From NCBI GenBank assembly GCA_034521595.1, contig JAXHMG010000003.1, positions 1,888,001-1,952,000 on the forward strand: DNA of 64,000 nt, read 5' to 3'. Every line of letters starts with the position of its first letter. Position 1 is the first letter of the stretch. The stretch comes from Gemmatimonadota bacterium (GTDB lineage: Bacteria > Gemmatimonadota > Gemmatimonadetes > Longimicrobiales > Gaopeijiaceae). Shown piece by piece: positions 42,603 through 52,956 of this stretch. Under the pieces are notes generated by a model. That model saw only the letters and a list, made by a program, of their open reading frames with translations, ran no database searches and was not told the DNA's origin. Made by a program: the position numbers and the translations under genes.

Positions 42603-43570
42603 TCCTTCCGGTTCCTCGTGTTCGCGATGAATTCGTAGGTTTCGCGCAGCCCCTGCTCCAGCGTGTGCGCGGGCGCCCATCCACGGCTCCGCAGGAGTCC
42701 GGCGTCGAGCGTGCTGTGGCGAAGCTCACCGGGCCGCGCCGCCTGGTGCTCCCGCGGCTGCGACTCGCCGGCGATCCCTTCGAGCACCCCCGCGAGCTGG
42801 TTCACGCTGGTTCCGGCGCCCGTCCCGACGTTGAAGGCTCGGGCGTCGAGGCCCGCGGCCTCCCCATCGTCGAAGGTGAGCTCGGATACGGCCATGTTCG
42901 CGGCCACGACGTCGCGGACGTACACGTAGTCGCGGGTCTGCTCGCCGTCGCCGAACACGGTGAGGCGCTCTCCGTTCAGCAACCGGTTGCAGAAGATCGC
43001 CACTACACCGGCCTCTCCGTGCGGATCCTGGCGCGGCCCGAAGACGTTGGAGTAACGGAGCGCCACGTACTCGAGGCCCCGGATGCGCCGATAGTAGTTC
43101 AAGTAGTACTCACCCGTGAGCTTCGTGACCCCGTACGGCGAGAGCGGAAGCTTGGGCGCGCTCTCGGGCGTGGGGATCTCATCCGGCTCGCCGTAGACCA
43201 CGCCGCCGCTCGACACGTAGACCATACGGCTCGTCCCGACCTCGATGGCCGCCTCGGTCAGGTTGAGCAGCCCCTCCACGTTGATGCTGGCATCCTTCAG
43301 GGGGTCGGCGACCGACACGCGCACGTCGATCTGAGCCGCGTGGTGGTTGACGAGGTCGAAGCGCACCTCCCGAAACAGGTTGCGGATCGACGGGTCGCGG
43401 ATGTCCATCTCGACGAATTCCGCCCCGTCGGGCAGGTTCCGCCGGCTTCCCGAGGACAGGTCGTCCACGATCCAGACGGCGTCCCCGTTGGCGAGGTATG
43501 CATCGGCGACGTGGCTCCCGATGAATCCGGCGCCGCCGGTCACGAGAACGTTTCTCTTGGAGGACGTCAT
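42599..43570 (-). CDS. NAD-dependent epimerase (UDP-glucose 4-epimerase-like)
   Basis: TGGAGFIGSH, HHAAQIDVRVS, PYGVTK, GPRQDPHGEAGVV. Confidence 0.9.
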   Translation of the reverse strand: MTSSKRNVLVTGGAGFIGSHVADAYLANGDAVWIVDDLSSGSRRNLPDGAEFVEMDIRDPSIRNLFREVRFDLVNHHAAQIDVRVSVADPLKDASINVEGLLNLTEAAIEVGTSRMVYVSSGGVVYGEPDEIPTPESAPKLPLSPYGVTKLTGEYYLNYYRRIRGLEYVALRYSNVFGPRQDPHGEAGVVAIFCNRLLNGERLTVFGDGEQTRDYVYVRDVVAANMAVSELTFDDGEAAGLDARAFNVGTGAGTSVNQLAGVLEGIAGESQPREHQAARPGELRHSTLDAGLLRSRGWAPAHTLEQGLRETYEFIANTRNRKE

Positions 43571-43612
43571 GTGGCTTTCGGTACGAGGGTGGAAGAACAG
43601 TCTAAGTAAACG

Positions 43613-43646
43613 AGAGTCCCCGCCGGCGGGAACCGGCGGGGACTCT
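43613..43646 (-). terminator. Rho-independent terminator after the LysM gene
   Basis: 14-bp stem AGAGTCCCCGCCGG / CCGGCGGGGACTCT, followed on the minus strand by CGTTTACTT. Confidence 0.7.
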
Positions 43647-43690
43647 GTTCTAGCACGGGCTGCTAGGGGGACGAGGCGTCGCCCGACGAC

Positions 43691-44758
43691 TCACGGCATC
43701 TGTCGCACGAGCCGTACGATCACTCCCTGCCGGAAGACGTCGTCCGTGAGCGAGGTGATGCGGACCGTCGCCGCGGTCGGTTGCACGCTCACGACCTGGA
43801 GGCGACCCCGAACGTCCGTGCGCACCGCGTCGCCGTAGAGCACGAACTCGTCGCCCACGGTGATCCCGTGGTCACTCCCGAGATCGATGAAGCCGGCGTG
43901 ACCGATGGCCCGTATCGCGGCGGTGGTGGCGAAGCCCATGATCATGGCTTCCGGGCCGCCCGTCACCTCCTCGGCCCGCGCTCCCTGCGTCATGGAGTAC
44001 GACGGCAACGGACCGAGAAAGTCGCCGGCCTGAATACGACCGTACTCCTGCGTCACCACGCCCACGGCGGCGGTGTCGCTCACGGCCGTGACGGACACGA
44101 TCCCGGTGGGGACCACGACCTGGCCGACCTGCGGAATCGAGCGCGTGACCCGGAACGTCCGGAGGCGATCGCCCACCCGAACGGTCCCGTAGGTGTCGAG
44201 CGACACCTGATGGAACTGTCGGACGGTCGACCCCCGATCGGTATCCAGCGCGAACCCTCGGAGAACGCCCACGTGCTCGGGGTCACCCTGGAGGGGCCCC
44301 AGCCACGGCGCCGAGTAGACCTCGTTGACGTCGACCGCGACGTATTCCCGTTCCATCATCGCCACGACCGACACCTGCGGCGTCTGCTGGCGATAGAAGA
44401 TGGTTCGGTATTCCCCCTCTTCGGCCCGCTCGGCGGGTTCCGTTCGCGGCTCCGGCTCGGCGGGCTTCGGCTCACCGCCGCCGGGCGTGGGATCGGTTTC
44501 GACCGTGGTCGTCCGGTCGTCGGCCGGAAGCCCGGGAATGGTGAAAACCTGATCGGGATAGATCAAGTTCGGGTCGTCGATCTCCGAACGATTGGCCTCC
44601 CAGATGACCCGCCACTCCCAAGGATCGGAGTAGTACTGCTGCGCGAGATCCCACAACGTATCGTCATCGACGACCGTGTGAGAGCCCTGCGGCTCCTGAG
44701 CGAGCGCGAAAGCTGGAAGAATCAGCACGGCGATGACCGCCGCCGCCGAGCGAACCAT
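43691..44758 (-). CDS. LysM peptidoglycan-binding protein, TsaP-like
   Basis: Signal peptide, HTVVDDDTLWDLAQQYYSDPWEWRVIWEANRSEIDDPNLIYPDQ; beta-rich C-terminus. Confidence 0.8.
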   Translation of the reverse strand: MVRSAAAVIAVLILPAFALAQEPQGSHTVVDDDTLWDLAQQYYSDPWEWRVIWEANRSEIDDPNLIYPDQVFTIPGLPADDRTTTVETDPTPGGGEPKPAEPEPRTEPAERAEEGEYRTIFYRQQTPQVSVVAMMEREYVAVDVNEVYSAPWLGPLQGDPEHVGVLRGFALDTDRGSTVRQFHQVSLDTYGTVRVGDRLRTFRVTRSIPQVGQVVVPTGIVSVTAVSDTAAVGVVTQEYGRIQAGDFLGPLPSYSMTQGARAEEVTGGPEAMIMGFATTAAIRAIGHAGFIDLGSDHGITVGDEFVLYGDAVRTDVRGRLQVVSVQPTAATVRITSLTDDVFRQGVIVRLVRQMP

Positions 44759-44811
44759 ATGGGCTCCTTCGGCAAGTAGGAGAGGGCTTTTCACCCGGTG
44801 GACACTGCTCG

Positions 44812-44841
44812 AAGATACGCGGGCACACCACGCCCGGTCAA
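44812..44841 (-). promoter_or_regulatory. sigma70-type promoter of the LysM gene
   Basis: TTGACC-N18-TATCTT. Confidence 0.55.
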
Positions 44842-44862
44842 CGAAGTTTTTCAGAATTGACT

Positions 44863-45552
44863 TCAAATGTTCCCCCCGAGCTCCCCCGAGAGCGACACGT
44901 AGCGCCCCCATCCGACCACCACGTGGTCGAGCACCGGGATCCCGACGGCCCGACCCGCGGCACCCAATTGCCGGGTCACGGCACGATCTTCCGCGGACGG
45001 CGTGGGATCTCCCGAAGGATGATTGTGAACCAGGATGACCCCCGCGGCGCCTTCCGCCACGGCGGGCCTGAACACCTCCCTCGGATGGATGAGGGACGCG
45101 TCGAGGATCCCCCGTGTCACCAGCACTTCCCGTACCACTCTATGCCGGGTGTTGAGCAAGATCGCGTGAAACTCCTCCTGGGGTAGATCCCGGAGCCGCG
45201 GGCCCATGCGCCGGAAGACGTCGTCGGGCCCCCGCACGGGCGTGCCCGGCTCGAGCTCCTCGGCGGCGGCCCTCCGTCCCAGCTCCAGCGCGGCGAGCAC
45301 CCGGCACGCGGTCGCGGTGCCGACACCCGGCACACCTTCCATTTCCCCGACGTCGAGGGCCGCCAGCCGTGCCAACGAGCCGCCCGCGTGGCGGGTGAGC
45401 CGCTCCGCCACGGCACCGGCCGAGCCGCCCGCGCTCCCACTCCCGACGAGGAGGGCGAGCAACTCGCCCAGCGCGAGGTGCCGCACGCCGGCTTGGCGCA
45501 GCCGCTCACGGGGGCGCTCGGAGGCCGAAGCCGGAGAGGAGGATCGAGTCAT
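44863..45552 (-). CDS. radC: RadC/UPF0758 JAB-domain protein
   Basis: ERPRERL, HPREVF, HNHPSGDPTPSAED, LDHVVVG. Confidence 0.95.
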   Translation of the reverse strand: MTRSSSPASASERPRERLRQAGVRHLALGELLALLVGSGSAGGSAGAVAERLTRHAGGSLARLAALDVGEMEGVPGVGTATACRVLAALELGRRAAAEELEPGTPVRGPDDVFRRMGPRLRDLPQEEFHAILLNTRHRVVREVLVTRGILDASLIHPREVFRPAVAEGAAGVILVHNHPSGDPTPSAEDRAVTRQLGAAGRAVGIPVLDHVVVGWGRYVSLSGELGGNI

Positions 45553-45648
45553 GCTCCAGGATCGCGGGGTCGCGAGGGCGCAGCCATGTCGCCACGGGAC
45601 GCGTGGCCGGATCGAGGCGCGAGCCGGCCGCGAGACCCCGACGCCACG

Positions 45649-46116
45649 TCACGCGATCACGAGCTCCATGACGCGAGCATCCTCCCGTGGCTCGCGGTAG
45701 TAGCCGCGCCGCCGCCCCACCTCTCGGAACCCGGAGCGCTCGTAGAGCGTCAACGCGGCCGCGTTGGAGTCGCGGACCTCGAGATACAGGCTCGTCACGC
45801 CCCGCTCGCGACAGGCGTCGACAACGTGGTCCAGGAGCCGGCTGCCCAAGCCGCATCCCCGTAGATCGGGACGGATCGCGATATTGGCGAGCTCCCCCTG
45901 ATCCAGGATGCACCACAGGACGGCGTATCCCAGGATCCCCGCCTCGGGATCCTCCAGGACGAGGAGCACGAGACCGTCCCGGCCGACGAGTCCCTCGAAC
46001 GTGTCCGCCTTCCAGGGCGTGTTGAACGCTTCCTTCTCGATGGCGACCACGTCGGAGACGTCCGTCCGGGTCATCGGACGGATCACGGCGTGCGGGTGCG
46101 AGGCTATGCGCTCCAT
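45649..46116 (-). CDS. rimI: Ribosomal protein alanine N-acetyltransferase
   Basis: NIAIRPDLRGCGLG, LEVRDSNAAALTLY, RRGYY..EDARVM. Confidence 0.93.
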   Translation of the reverse strand: MERIASHPHAVIRPMTRTDVSDVVAIEKEAFNTPWKADTFEGLVGRDGLVLLVLEDPEAGILGYAVLWCILDQGELANIAIRPDLRGCGLGSRLLDHVVDACRERGVTSLYLEVRDSNAAALTLYERSGFREVGRRRGYYREPREDARVMELVIA

Positions 46117-46817
46117 AGGCGCTCGGCACTGGACGCGCGAACGTACCGGGGCTCCCACGCCGTGGGGTCGTCGACCGGGGAGGCCCCTCCCAACCCAGCG
46201 CACCGCAGAAGGCCCACGGCCGGGGTGACACGCTCGTCTTGCTCGTCGTCGGGGGCCACCTCGAAGCCCGCCTCTCCCAGCGCCACCCGGTGCTTCGCCG
46301 CGCCCGTCCCCAGGAACACGGCGCCCTCCGGCACGGACGCTCCGAGCACGTCGCCGAGCTGCCCCGGATGCGGTGCGACGAGCTCTTCGAGCGCCTCCTC
46401 GTCCACCCGGTAGCACGCACCGTAGACGCGGTCGCCCCGGGCGTCGAAGAGGACGTACCGGACGTCCGGCCCGGACCACCCGAGCGTGAGCGCCACGGCC
46501 GCGAGGCTCGAGATGGGACGCAGCGGGATCCCCGCCGAGAACGACAGGCCCTTGGCCGTCGCCGCGGCCACGCGGACCCCCGTGAACGAGCCCGGTCCCT
46601 CACCGACCACGATCCCTCCCAAGGCCCCCACCGACACGCCCGCCTCCCGGAGCACCGCGTCGATGGTGGGCAGGAGGCGCGCCGCGTGCTCCTTGCGCTC
46701 GGGGAGCGCCGCGACGGCGAGCACTTCGCCCGAGCGTCGCGGCCCGGCGCCGCCGACCGCCACCGACCCGTGCGCCCCGGAGGTGTCGAACGCCAGCAGA
46801 GGGGCTCCGGCGCTCAC
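46104..46817 (-). CDS. tsaB: tRNA t6A biosynthesis protein TsaB
   Basis: LLAFDTS, GPGSFTGVRVA, DAR, EPRYVR; GTG start overlaps the tsaE stop. Confidence 0.92.
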   Translation of the reverse strand: MSAGAPLLAFDTSGAHGSVAVGGAGPRRSGEVLAVAALPERKEHAARLLPTIDAVLREAGVSVGALGGIVVGEGPGSFTGVRVAAATAKGLSFSAGIPLRPISSLAAVALTLGWSGPDVRYVLFDARGDRVYGACYRVDEEALEELVAPHPGQLGDVLGASVPEGAVFLGTGAAKHRVALGEAGFEVAPDDEQDERVTPAVGLLRCAGLGGASPVDDPTAWEPRYVRASSAERLWSA

Positions 46818-47284
46818 CGCTCTCCTCGCGCCAGGGTCATCGGGAACCCGGGCAGCGGGTGCGGAGCGCCGACGCGCTGCACTTCCACGTCCCGCAGCCT
46901 GCGGTCTCCGGGGGTCACCGCCAAGCGGACACGCCAGTGATCCTCGGGCATCAGAGCCTCCGCCTGCTCCGGCCACTCGACCAGGACGATCTCGGGCCGG
47001 CTCCCGAGCTCCGCCCATCCGAGCTCCCAGACTTCGTCGGGCTCCGAAATGCGGTAGAGGTCGAGATGCACGACCGCGCCCCCGGAGGGGAGCTCGTACC
47101 GGAGGAGGAGGTTGAAGGTGGGGGAGGGCATGGGCGCCTCCACCCCCGCTCCTTGCCCGATCGCTCGGGCGAGCACGGACTTGCCGGCTCCGAGCGGGCC
47201 CTCGAGAGCGATGACGACGGGGGGCTCGATATCCTGACCGATGCTGCGGCCCCAGCGGACGAGATCGGTTTCGTTCAGGCGCAT
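46814..47284 (-). CDS. tsaE: tRNA t6A biosynthesis ATPase TsaE
   Basis: GPLGAGKS, SPTFNL, HLDLYRI, VEWPE. Confidence 0.94.
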   Translation of the reverse strand: MRLNETDLVRWGRSIGQDIEPPVVIALEGPLGAGKSVLARAIGQGAGVEAPMPSPTFNLLLRYELPSGGAVVHLDLYRISEPDEVWELGWAELGSRPEIVLVEWPEQAEALMPEDHWRVRLAVTPGDRRLRDVEVQRVGAPHPLPGFPMTLARGER

Positions 47285-47351
47285 GTGATGCTCGAGATGG
47301 TACGATGGTTCTCGGCACGGGCGGTCACGTACACGGGGAATATAACCGTCG

Positions 47352-47966
47352 TCAGCGGCGATACAGCCCTCGGGCGCGGATCGACCGGGCGACGCCTTCC
47401 GGCACCGAGCCGGCGGGGTCCTCGCCCCGGGCCACGGCTTCCCGGACCGCGGTCGACGAGACGTCCACGGCTCGAACCGGCACGAAGACGGTCGCGTCCC
47501 GGAGCCCCGGAACCGCTTCCGCGACATCGGGCGCGAAGACGCGCGCGGGCGTCTCGTCCCGGTCCATGACGGCGAGCCGGGCGGCCGCCACGATACGCTC
47601 GGGGTCCCGCCACCGTCCAAACTGCTCGAACTGGTCGGCTCCGAGGATCAGGAAGAGCTCCGCGTCGGGGAAGTCCCCGCGGATCGCCTCGAGGGTGTCG
47701 GCGGTGTACGACGGCGGCGGTCGCTCGAGCTCGCGGGTATCGACCTCGAAGCGGGGGTCGAGCGCGGCCGCCCGGCGCACCATCTCGAGGCGCACCTCGG
47801 GCGGCGACGTCTCCTCACGCTGCTTGAACGGGGAAACCCGGGCGGGCACCCACAGCACGCGGTCGAGCGAGAGGTGGTCGGCGACGTCGGCGGCGACGTG
47901 GACGTGTCCCACGTGGGGTGGGTCGAACGTGCCGCCGAAGACCCCGACGCGCGGGGTGGTGCTCAC
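47352..47966 (-). CDS. nadD: Nicotinate-nucleotide adenylyltransferase
   Basis: GGTFDPPHVGH, SYTADTL, ILGAD, DVSSTAVR. Confidence 0.95.
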   Translation of the reverse strand: MSTTPRVGVFGGTFDPPHVGHVHVAADVADHLSLDRVLWVPARVSPFKQREETSPPEVRLEMVRRAAALDPRFEVDTRELERPPPSYTADTLEAIRGDFPDAELFLILGADQFEQFGRWRDPERIVAAARLAVMDRDETPARVFAPDVAEAVPGLRDATVFVPVRAVDVSSTAVREAVARGEDPAGSVPEGVARSIRARGLYRR

Positions 47967-47975
47967 GCCCGTCGC

Positions 47976-48719
47976 TCAGATCCGGCCGTCATCCGTGCGC
48001 AGCTCGTCCGCCGCGGGTGACTCGGGATAGCGCGCGAGCAGCCGCTCGCGGGCCTCGTCCGCGAGGTCGTCGTACCCGATCTGCGTGTTGGCTTCGTAGA
48101 TGCCGAGCAGCGCCCGCGGAGCGAACTCGGACTCGGGATAGCGGTCGAGCACGAACTCGAAATACTTGATCGCCGAATCCGGGAGGTCCCGGCTCAGGTA
48201 GAACTGCCCGTTGAGATAGTCCTTCTCGGCCAGCTTCGCGCGCATCTCCTGCGCGTGCTCGGCGGCCTCTTCGGCCTGCGAGGTCCCCGCGAAGTCGGAG
48301 GCCATGTTCGAGCACTCGGTCAGCGCCCGCCGGGTGTACGTCTGATCCCGCTCGGGCCGCGGAGAGAGCTCGGCATAGGAGCGGCACCGCCCCAGCGCGG
48401 CCTCCGGAGCCCGCGGGTGGCCGGGATAGCGGTCGAGGAACCGGCGGTACTCGGACGCGGCGGTGAGGTATTCCTCCTTCTCGTACCGCATGTCGGCCAG
48501 CAGCAGCCGGGCGTCGGGGACGCCGGACCAATCGCCGTAGGCCAGGAGGAGCCGGTCGAGCGTCCGGATCGCGTTGTCGTGCTCCTCTTCGACCGCTTCG
48601 TCCTGCGCCATGCGGAAGAGCGCCGGGGCGTCCATCCCCTGGTAGATGTTCGATGAGCCTCCGCATCCGGCGATGAAGATCAGGAGAACGAGCGGAGCAT
48701 GTCGTATTTGAATCGGCAA
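47976..48719 (-). CDS. bamD: Outer membrane protein assembly factor BamD
   Basis: Lipobox IAGC, TPRs, ERDQTYT, KLAEKDY...FY; start approximate (TTG). Confidence 0.85.
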   Translation of the reverse strand: MPIQIRHAPLVLLIFIAGCGGSSNIYQGMDAPALFRMAQDEAVEEEHDNAIRTLDRLLLAYGDWSGVPDARLLLADMRYEKEEYLTAASEYRRFLDRYPGHPRAPEAALGRCRSYAELSPRPERDQTYTRRALTECSNMASDFAGTSQAEEAAEHAQEMRAKLAEKDYLNGQFYLSRDLPDSAIKYFEFVLDRYPESEFAPRALLGIYEANTQIGYDDLADEARERLLARYPESPAADELRTDDGRI

Positions 48720-48753
48720 GGTGAAGCCTGTATACGGTAGATCGTGGCCGGGC

Positions 48754-49728
48754 TCAACGGCACCGGCCACCACGAAGATGTTCGAGACCGCGCCCGAAGC
48801 GGATCTCGTCGAATGCCGCCTGGGCCCGGTCGACGAGCGAGCCGGCTTGGTCGGTGTAGCGGACCTGGGCGTATGCTTCCATCGCTTGCTCGCAGCGCCC
48901 CAGGTCGGCCAGCGTCTCCCCTTTCTCGAACCAGGCGCGCGCCTGGATGTTCCGGGGCTCGCCGACCTCCAGCGCCCGGTCGAGCAGGACGATGGCGCGC
49001 TCCATCTCCTCCTCTCCGGCGTCCGGACCCTCCAGGAGCTCCTCGGCGACGTTGAATGCGCACGTGCCGATATACCAGTCGACCTCGCCCCGCTCCCAAG
49101 GGCGCGCCCGCGCCCGGAACCGCTCGAAGAACACGAGCGCCCGCTCGCAGTCTCCGATCTCTTCGTACGCCTGTCCGACCTCGAAGACGATCTCGGGGGT
49201 CGAGTCACGCATCTCGCTCATGGCGACCTGATAGAACGGGAGGGCCTGACCGTACTCGCCGCTCTCGAAGTAGTGGCGGGCGAGCGGAAGGGCCAGGTCC
49301 GTCACTCCCACGGCGGGCTCCAGGTCGAGGGCCGTCTCCACGGCGGTCGCCATGGCGAAGGCGTCCCCGCTCTGGTGGGCGTTTCGCGCGAGCCGCATGA
49401 GGTCGGAAACCGCCTGACCGACGTACGAGGAGTCGACCGCGACCGCGTTGGCGTAGTTCTGACCCGCGTCGTCGACGCGGCCGAGACGGGCGTACGTGTG
49501 CGCCACGCGGGCATGGATCTCCGCATCGTCCGAGCTCTGGCGCATGGCGAGCCGGTACTCCGCGAGCGCTTCGTCGGTCCGTCCCGTGGCGAACGCGATG
49601 TCGCCGCGTTGGATGGCGTTCTGCTCGTCGCCGGGGGCGCACGCCGTGAGCGATGCGGTCGCGGCCATGGCCACGACCATCACCAGCCGCACGATCGACG
49701 GTCCGATCCCTTCGTTGGTTCCTCTCAC
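48754..49728 (-). CDS. TPR lipoprotein
   Basis: Lipobox LTAC, several TPRs with paired cysteines. Confidence 0.75.
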   Translation of the reverse strand: MRGTNEGIGPSIVRLVMVVAMAATASLTACAPGDEQNAIQRGDIAFATGRTDEALAEYRLAMRQSSDDAEIHARVAHTYARLGRVDDAGQNYANAVAVDSSYVGQAVSDLMRLARNAHQSGDAFAMATAVETALDLEPAVGVTDLALPLARHYFESGEYGQALPFYQVAMSEMRDSTPEIVFEVGQAYEEIGDCERALVFFERFRARARPWERGEVDWYIGTCAFNVAEELLEGPDAGEEEMERAIVLLDRALEVGEPRNIQARAWFEKGETLADLGRCEQAMEAYAQVRYTDQAGSLVDRAQAAFDEIRFGRGLEHLRGGRCR

Positions 49729-50486
49729 GCTTCAGCCTCCCTGGCGCCGCCCGGCCGCTCGGCGACGGAAAGCGGCTCGTGCACGCCGACCGACGCGAGA
49801 TAGGCCCGGGGACGCATGTCCGACGGATCGTCCTTCATGCAACGCCGCCACTCGTGGATGGCGCGGTCGACGTCGTCGAGCTTCCGGAGCACGACACCGA
49901 GACGCACCCGCGCTCCCACGAATTCCGGGCGGGACTCGAGAATCGCCTCCAGCTCGGTACGAGCCGTCTCGTAGTCCTCGAGCTCGATGAGCGCCTCGGC
50001 GTACTTGCTCCGGATATCCACGAACCGGGGCCGCACCCCGAGCGCGGTCCGGTAGTGCTCCATGGCCTCCCGCGGCCGCTCGGCGACGAGGTACAGGTCG
50101 CCGAGCTGGGCGTGGGTCACGGCGATCCGGTTCCCCACTTCCGAGGGGAAGACGCGCGAGTCCCGACGATCGAGCTCGTCGGCCCTGGTGAAGGCCTGCT
50201 GAGCCTCCTCGTGGCGACCGAGCTCGTTGAGCACGATGCCCCGGTTCAGGTGGGCTTCGGCGTAGGCCGGATTCTCCTCGAGGGCGGAGTCGAAGTGCTC
50301 GAGCGCCTCCTCGAAGCGACCGAGCATGGCCAGGCAGAGCCCGGTCTTGTTGCGCACGTCCGCGAAGCGCGGAAACTCGGCCAACACGTCGAGGAACGTC
50401 TCGAGCGCCGACTCGTAGTCTTCGCGCTCCCAGGCGCTGACCCCGCGCGCGACCATCTGCCGCGCATGTCTCGAATCGCCTGTCAT
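49725..50486 (-). CDS. Cytoplasmic TPR protein
   Basis: About six TPRs (FADVRNKTG, NPAYAEAHLNRG, RPRFVDIR). Confidence 0.85.
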   Translation of the reverse strand: MTGDSRHARQMVARGVSAWEREDYESALETFLDVLAEFPRFADVRNKTGLCLAMLGRFEEALEHFDSALEENPAYAEAHLNRGIVLNELGRHEEAQQAFTRADELDRRDSRVFPSEVGNRIAVTHAQLGDLYLVAERPREAMEHYRTALGVRPRFVDIRSKYAEALIELEDYETARTELEAILESRPEFVGARVRLGVVLRKLDDVDRAIHEWRRCMKDDPSDMRPRAYLASVGVHEPLSVAERPGGAREAEA

Positions 50487-50623
50487 GCCGACCGTCAGCC
50501 CCTCCCTATTGCCTTTGCGCGAGCGCCTCGCCGAGGTGCCCGCTCGCCACCGCCTTCGATGATAACCCTACGAGCGTACGAGTTCCCGAAACGACCTCGT
50601 CCATGTGCCGTCAGCTCATGCCG

Positions 50624-51583
50624 TCAGATGGTCCGGGCGCGCGCGTCGTTCCGCTCGAGCTGCTCGCGGAAATAGGGGATCGTGCGTCGGATCCCCTCCC
50701 GGAGCTGCACCTCCGGCTCCCATCCCAGCACATCCCGGGCCACGGTGATGTCGGGCTTGCGCACCTTCGGGTCGTCGGAGGGGAGCGGAAGCGCCTCGAC
50801 CCCCGCGTCGCTCCCGGCCTCCTCGAGCACGATCTCGGCGAGCTCGCGCACGGTGAACTCGTTGGGATTGCCGATGTTGGTCGGCTCCACCCGCTCGGAG
50901 TGGAAGAGTCGGTAGATCCCGTCGACCTCGTCCGAGACGTAGCAGAACGAGCGCGTCTGGCTGCCGTCGCCGTAAATCGTGAGCGACTCGCCGCGCAACG
51001 CCTGCATGATGAAGTTGGACACCACGCGGCCGTCCCCGGGACGCATGGACGGCCCGTAGGTGTTGAAGATGCGCACGATCCGGGTGTCGACGCCGTGGTA
51101 CCGGTGGTACGCCATGGTCATCGCCTCGGCGAAGCGCTTGGCCTCGTCGTAGACGCCGCGGAGCCCGACCGGGTTCACGTTGCCCCAGTACGTCTCGGGC
51201 TGCGGGTGGACGAGCGGATCGCCGTAGACCTCGGACGTCGATGCCAGCAGGAAGCGCGCCCCCTTGGCGAGCGCGATCCCGAGCGCGTGGTGCGTCCCCA
51301 GGCTCCCGACCTTCAGCGTCTGGATGGGCATGTCCAGGTAGTCGACCGGACTCGCGGGCGAAGCGAAGTGGAGGACCCCGTCGATCTCCTCGTCGAGGAA
51401 GAGGGGGTTGGAGATGTCGTGCTCGACGAGGGTGAAGCGGTCGTTGCGCGAGAGGGTGTCGATGTTCTCGTGCGAGCCGGTGACGAAGTTGTCGACCCCG
51501 ACCACCTCGTGCCCGTCGGCGAGAAATCGCTCGGCGAGATGAGAGCCGAGAAAGCCGGCCGCGCCCGTCAGCAGGATGCGCAC
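50624..51583 (-). CDS. UDP-glucuronate decarboxylase (UDP-xylose synthase family)
   Basis: [48 protein letters not shown]. Confidence 0.93.
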   Translation of the reverse strand: MRILLTGAAGFLGSHLAERFLADGHEVVGVDNFVTGSHENIDTLSRNDRFTLVEHDISNPLFLDEEIDGVLHFASPASPVDYLDMPIQTLKVGSLGTHHALGIALAKGARFLLASTSEVYGDPLVHPQPETYWGNVNPVGLRGVYDEAKRFAEAMTMAYHRYHGVDTRIVRIFNTYGPSMRPGDGRVVSNFIMQALRGESLTIYGDGSQTRSFCYVSDEVDGIYRLFHSERVEPTNIGNPNEFTVRELAEIVLEEAGSDAGVEALPLPSDDPKVRKPDITVARDVLGWEPEVQLREGIRRTIPYFREQLERNDARARTI

Positions 51584-51585
51584 GG

Positions 51586-52935
51586 TCAGCTCCGGGGCTC
51601 GGTCGGCATGCCGTCGGGATCCGGCATCACACGCGACCGGCCGATGCTGTGGTACTCGAAGCCGTGCCCGCGCATGATCTCGGGATCGTACAGGTTGCGT
51701 CCGTCGAACACGAGCGGGGTGGCCATCGCCTCGCGCATGCGCTCGAAGTCGGGCCGGCGATAGGGGTGCCACTCCGTGTGGATCACCAGGGCGTCCGCGC
51801 CGTCGAGCGCCTCGTAGTTGACCGCGACGTACTCGATGTCGTCGCCGAGGTGGTGCTCACGGGCTTCGTCGATGGCGACCGGGTCGTGCGCGACCACGCG
51901 GGCTCCGGCCGCGAGCAGCCCGCGGATCGTGACGAGGCTCGGCGCCTCGCGCATGTCGTCGGTGTTCGGCTTGAAGGACAGGCCCCACACAGCGACCGTG
52001 CGCCCCGAGAGGTCCTCGCCGAGGCGGGTCAGTAGACGGCCCAGCATGGTGGCCTTCTGCCGGTCGTTGACCTCGTCGACGGACTGGAGGATCGAAGCGT
52101 CGGCCCCGAGCTCGGCCATGGTCCGGGCGAGCGCCTTCACGTCCTTCGGGAAGCACGAGCCGCCGTAGCCGATGCCCGGGAAGAGGAAGCTCATGCCGAT
52201 GCGGTCGTCGCTGCCCACGCCCTGCCGCACTTTCTCGATGTCCGCGCCCGTACGCTCGCAGAGTTGGGCGATGGAGTTCATGAAGCTGATGCGCGTGGCG
52301 AGCATCGAGTTCGCGGCGTACTTCGTGATCTCCGCCGAGGGGACGTCCATGATCAGGATCTGATGGCCCTGCCGCACGAACGGGCTGTAGAGGTGCCGCA
52401 GGGTCTCGGCGGCCTTCTCGGAGTCCACGCCGAGCACGACGCGATCCGGCTTCATGAAGTCGTCGATCGCCGCGCCCTCTTTCAGGAACTCGGGGTTGGA
52501 GCAGACGTGCACGGGAATGTCCGTCTCGGCCTCGATCGCGTCACGCACCCGCTTCGCCGTGCCGACCGGTACCGTGCTCTTGGTGATGACGATCTTCTCG
52601 TCCTGCATCGCCTTCCCGATGGTTTCGGCGACCTTCAGCACGTACCGGAGGTCGGCCGAGCCGTCCTCGCCCGGAGGGGTGCCCACGGCGATGAAGATCA
52701 CGTCGGAGCGGCGCACGGCGTCGGCCACGTCGGTCGTGAAGACGAGGCGGCCCGCTTCGAGGTTGTTCTCGATGAGCGGCTCGAGACCTGGCTCGTAGAT
52801 CGGCACGCCGCCGCTGTTGAGCAGGTCGACCTTCTTCCGGTCGATATCCGCACAGATCACGTCGTTGCCGGACTCCGCGAAGCACGCTCCCGCGACCAGT
52901 CCCACGTAACCCGTTCCGATGACGGCGATCTTCAT
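51586..52935 (-). CDS. ugd: UDP-glucose 6-dehydrogenase
   Basis: [43 protein letters not shown]. Confidence 0.96.
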   Translation of the reverse strand: MKIAVIGTGYVGLVAGACFAESGNDVICADIDRKKVDLLNSGGVPIYEPGLEPLIENNLEAGRLVFTTDVADAVRRSDVIFIAVGTPPGEDGSADLRYVLKVAETIGKAMQDEKIVITKSTVPVGTAKRVRDAIEAETDIPVHVCSNPEFLKEGAAIDDFMKPDRVVLGVDSEKAAETLRHLYSPFVRQGHQILIMDVPSAEITKYAANSMLATRISFMNSIAQLCERTGADIEKVRQGVGSDDRIGMSFLFPGIGYGGSCFPKDVKALARTMAELGADASILQSVDEVNDRQKATMLGRLLTRLGEDLSGRTVAVWGLSFKPNTDDMREAPSLVTIRGLLAAGARVVAHDPVAIDEAREHHLGDDIEYVAVNYEALDGADALVIHTEWHPYRRPDFERMREAMATPLVFDGRNLYDPEIMRGHGFEYHSIGRSRVMPDPDGMPTEPRS

Positions 52936-52956
52936 GATGTCGAGGCCCTCTCCTGT

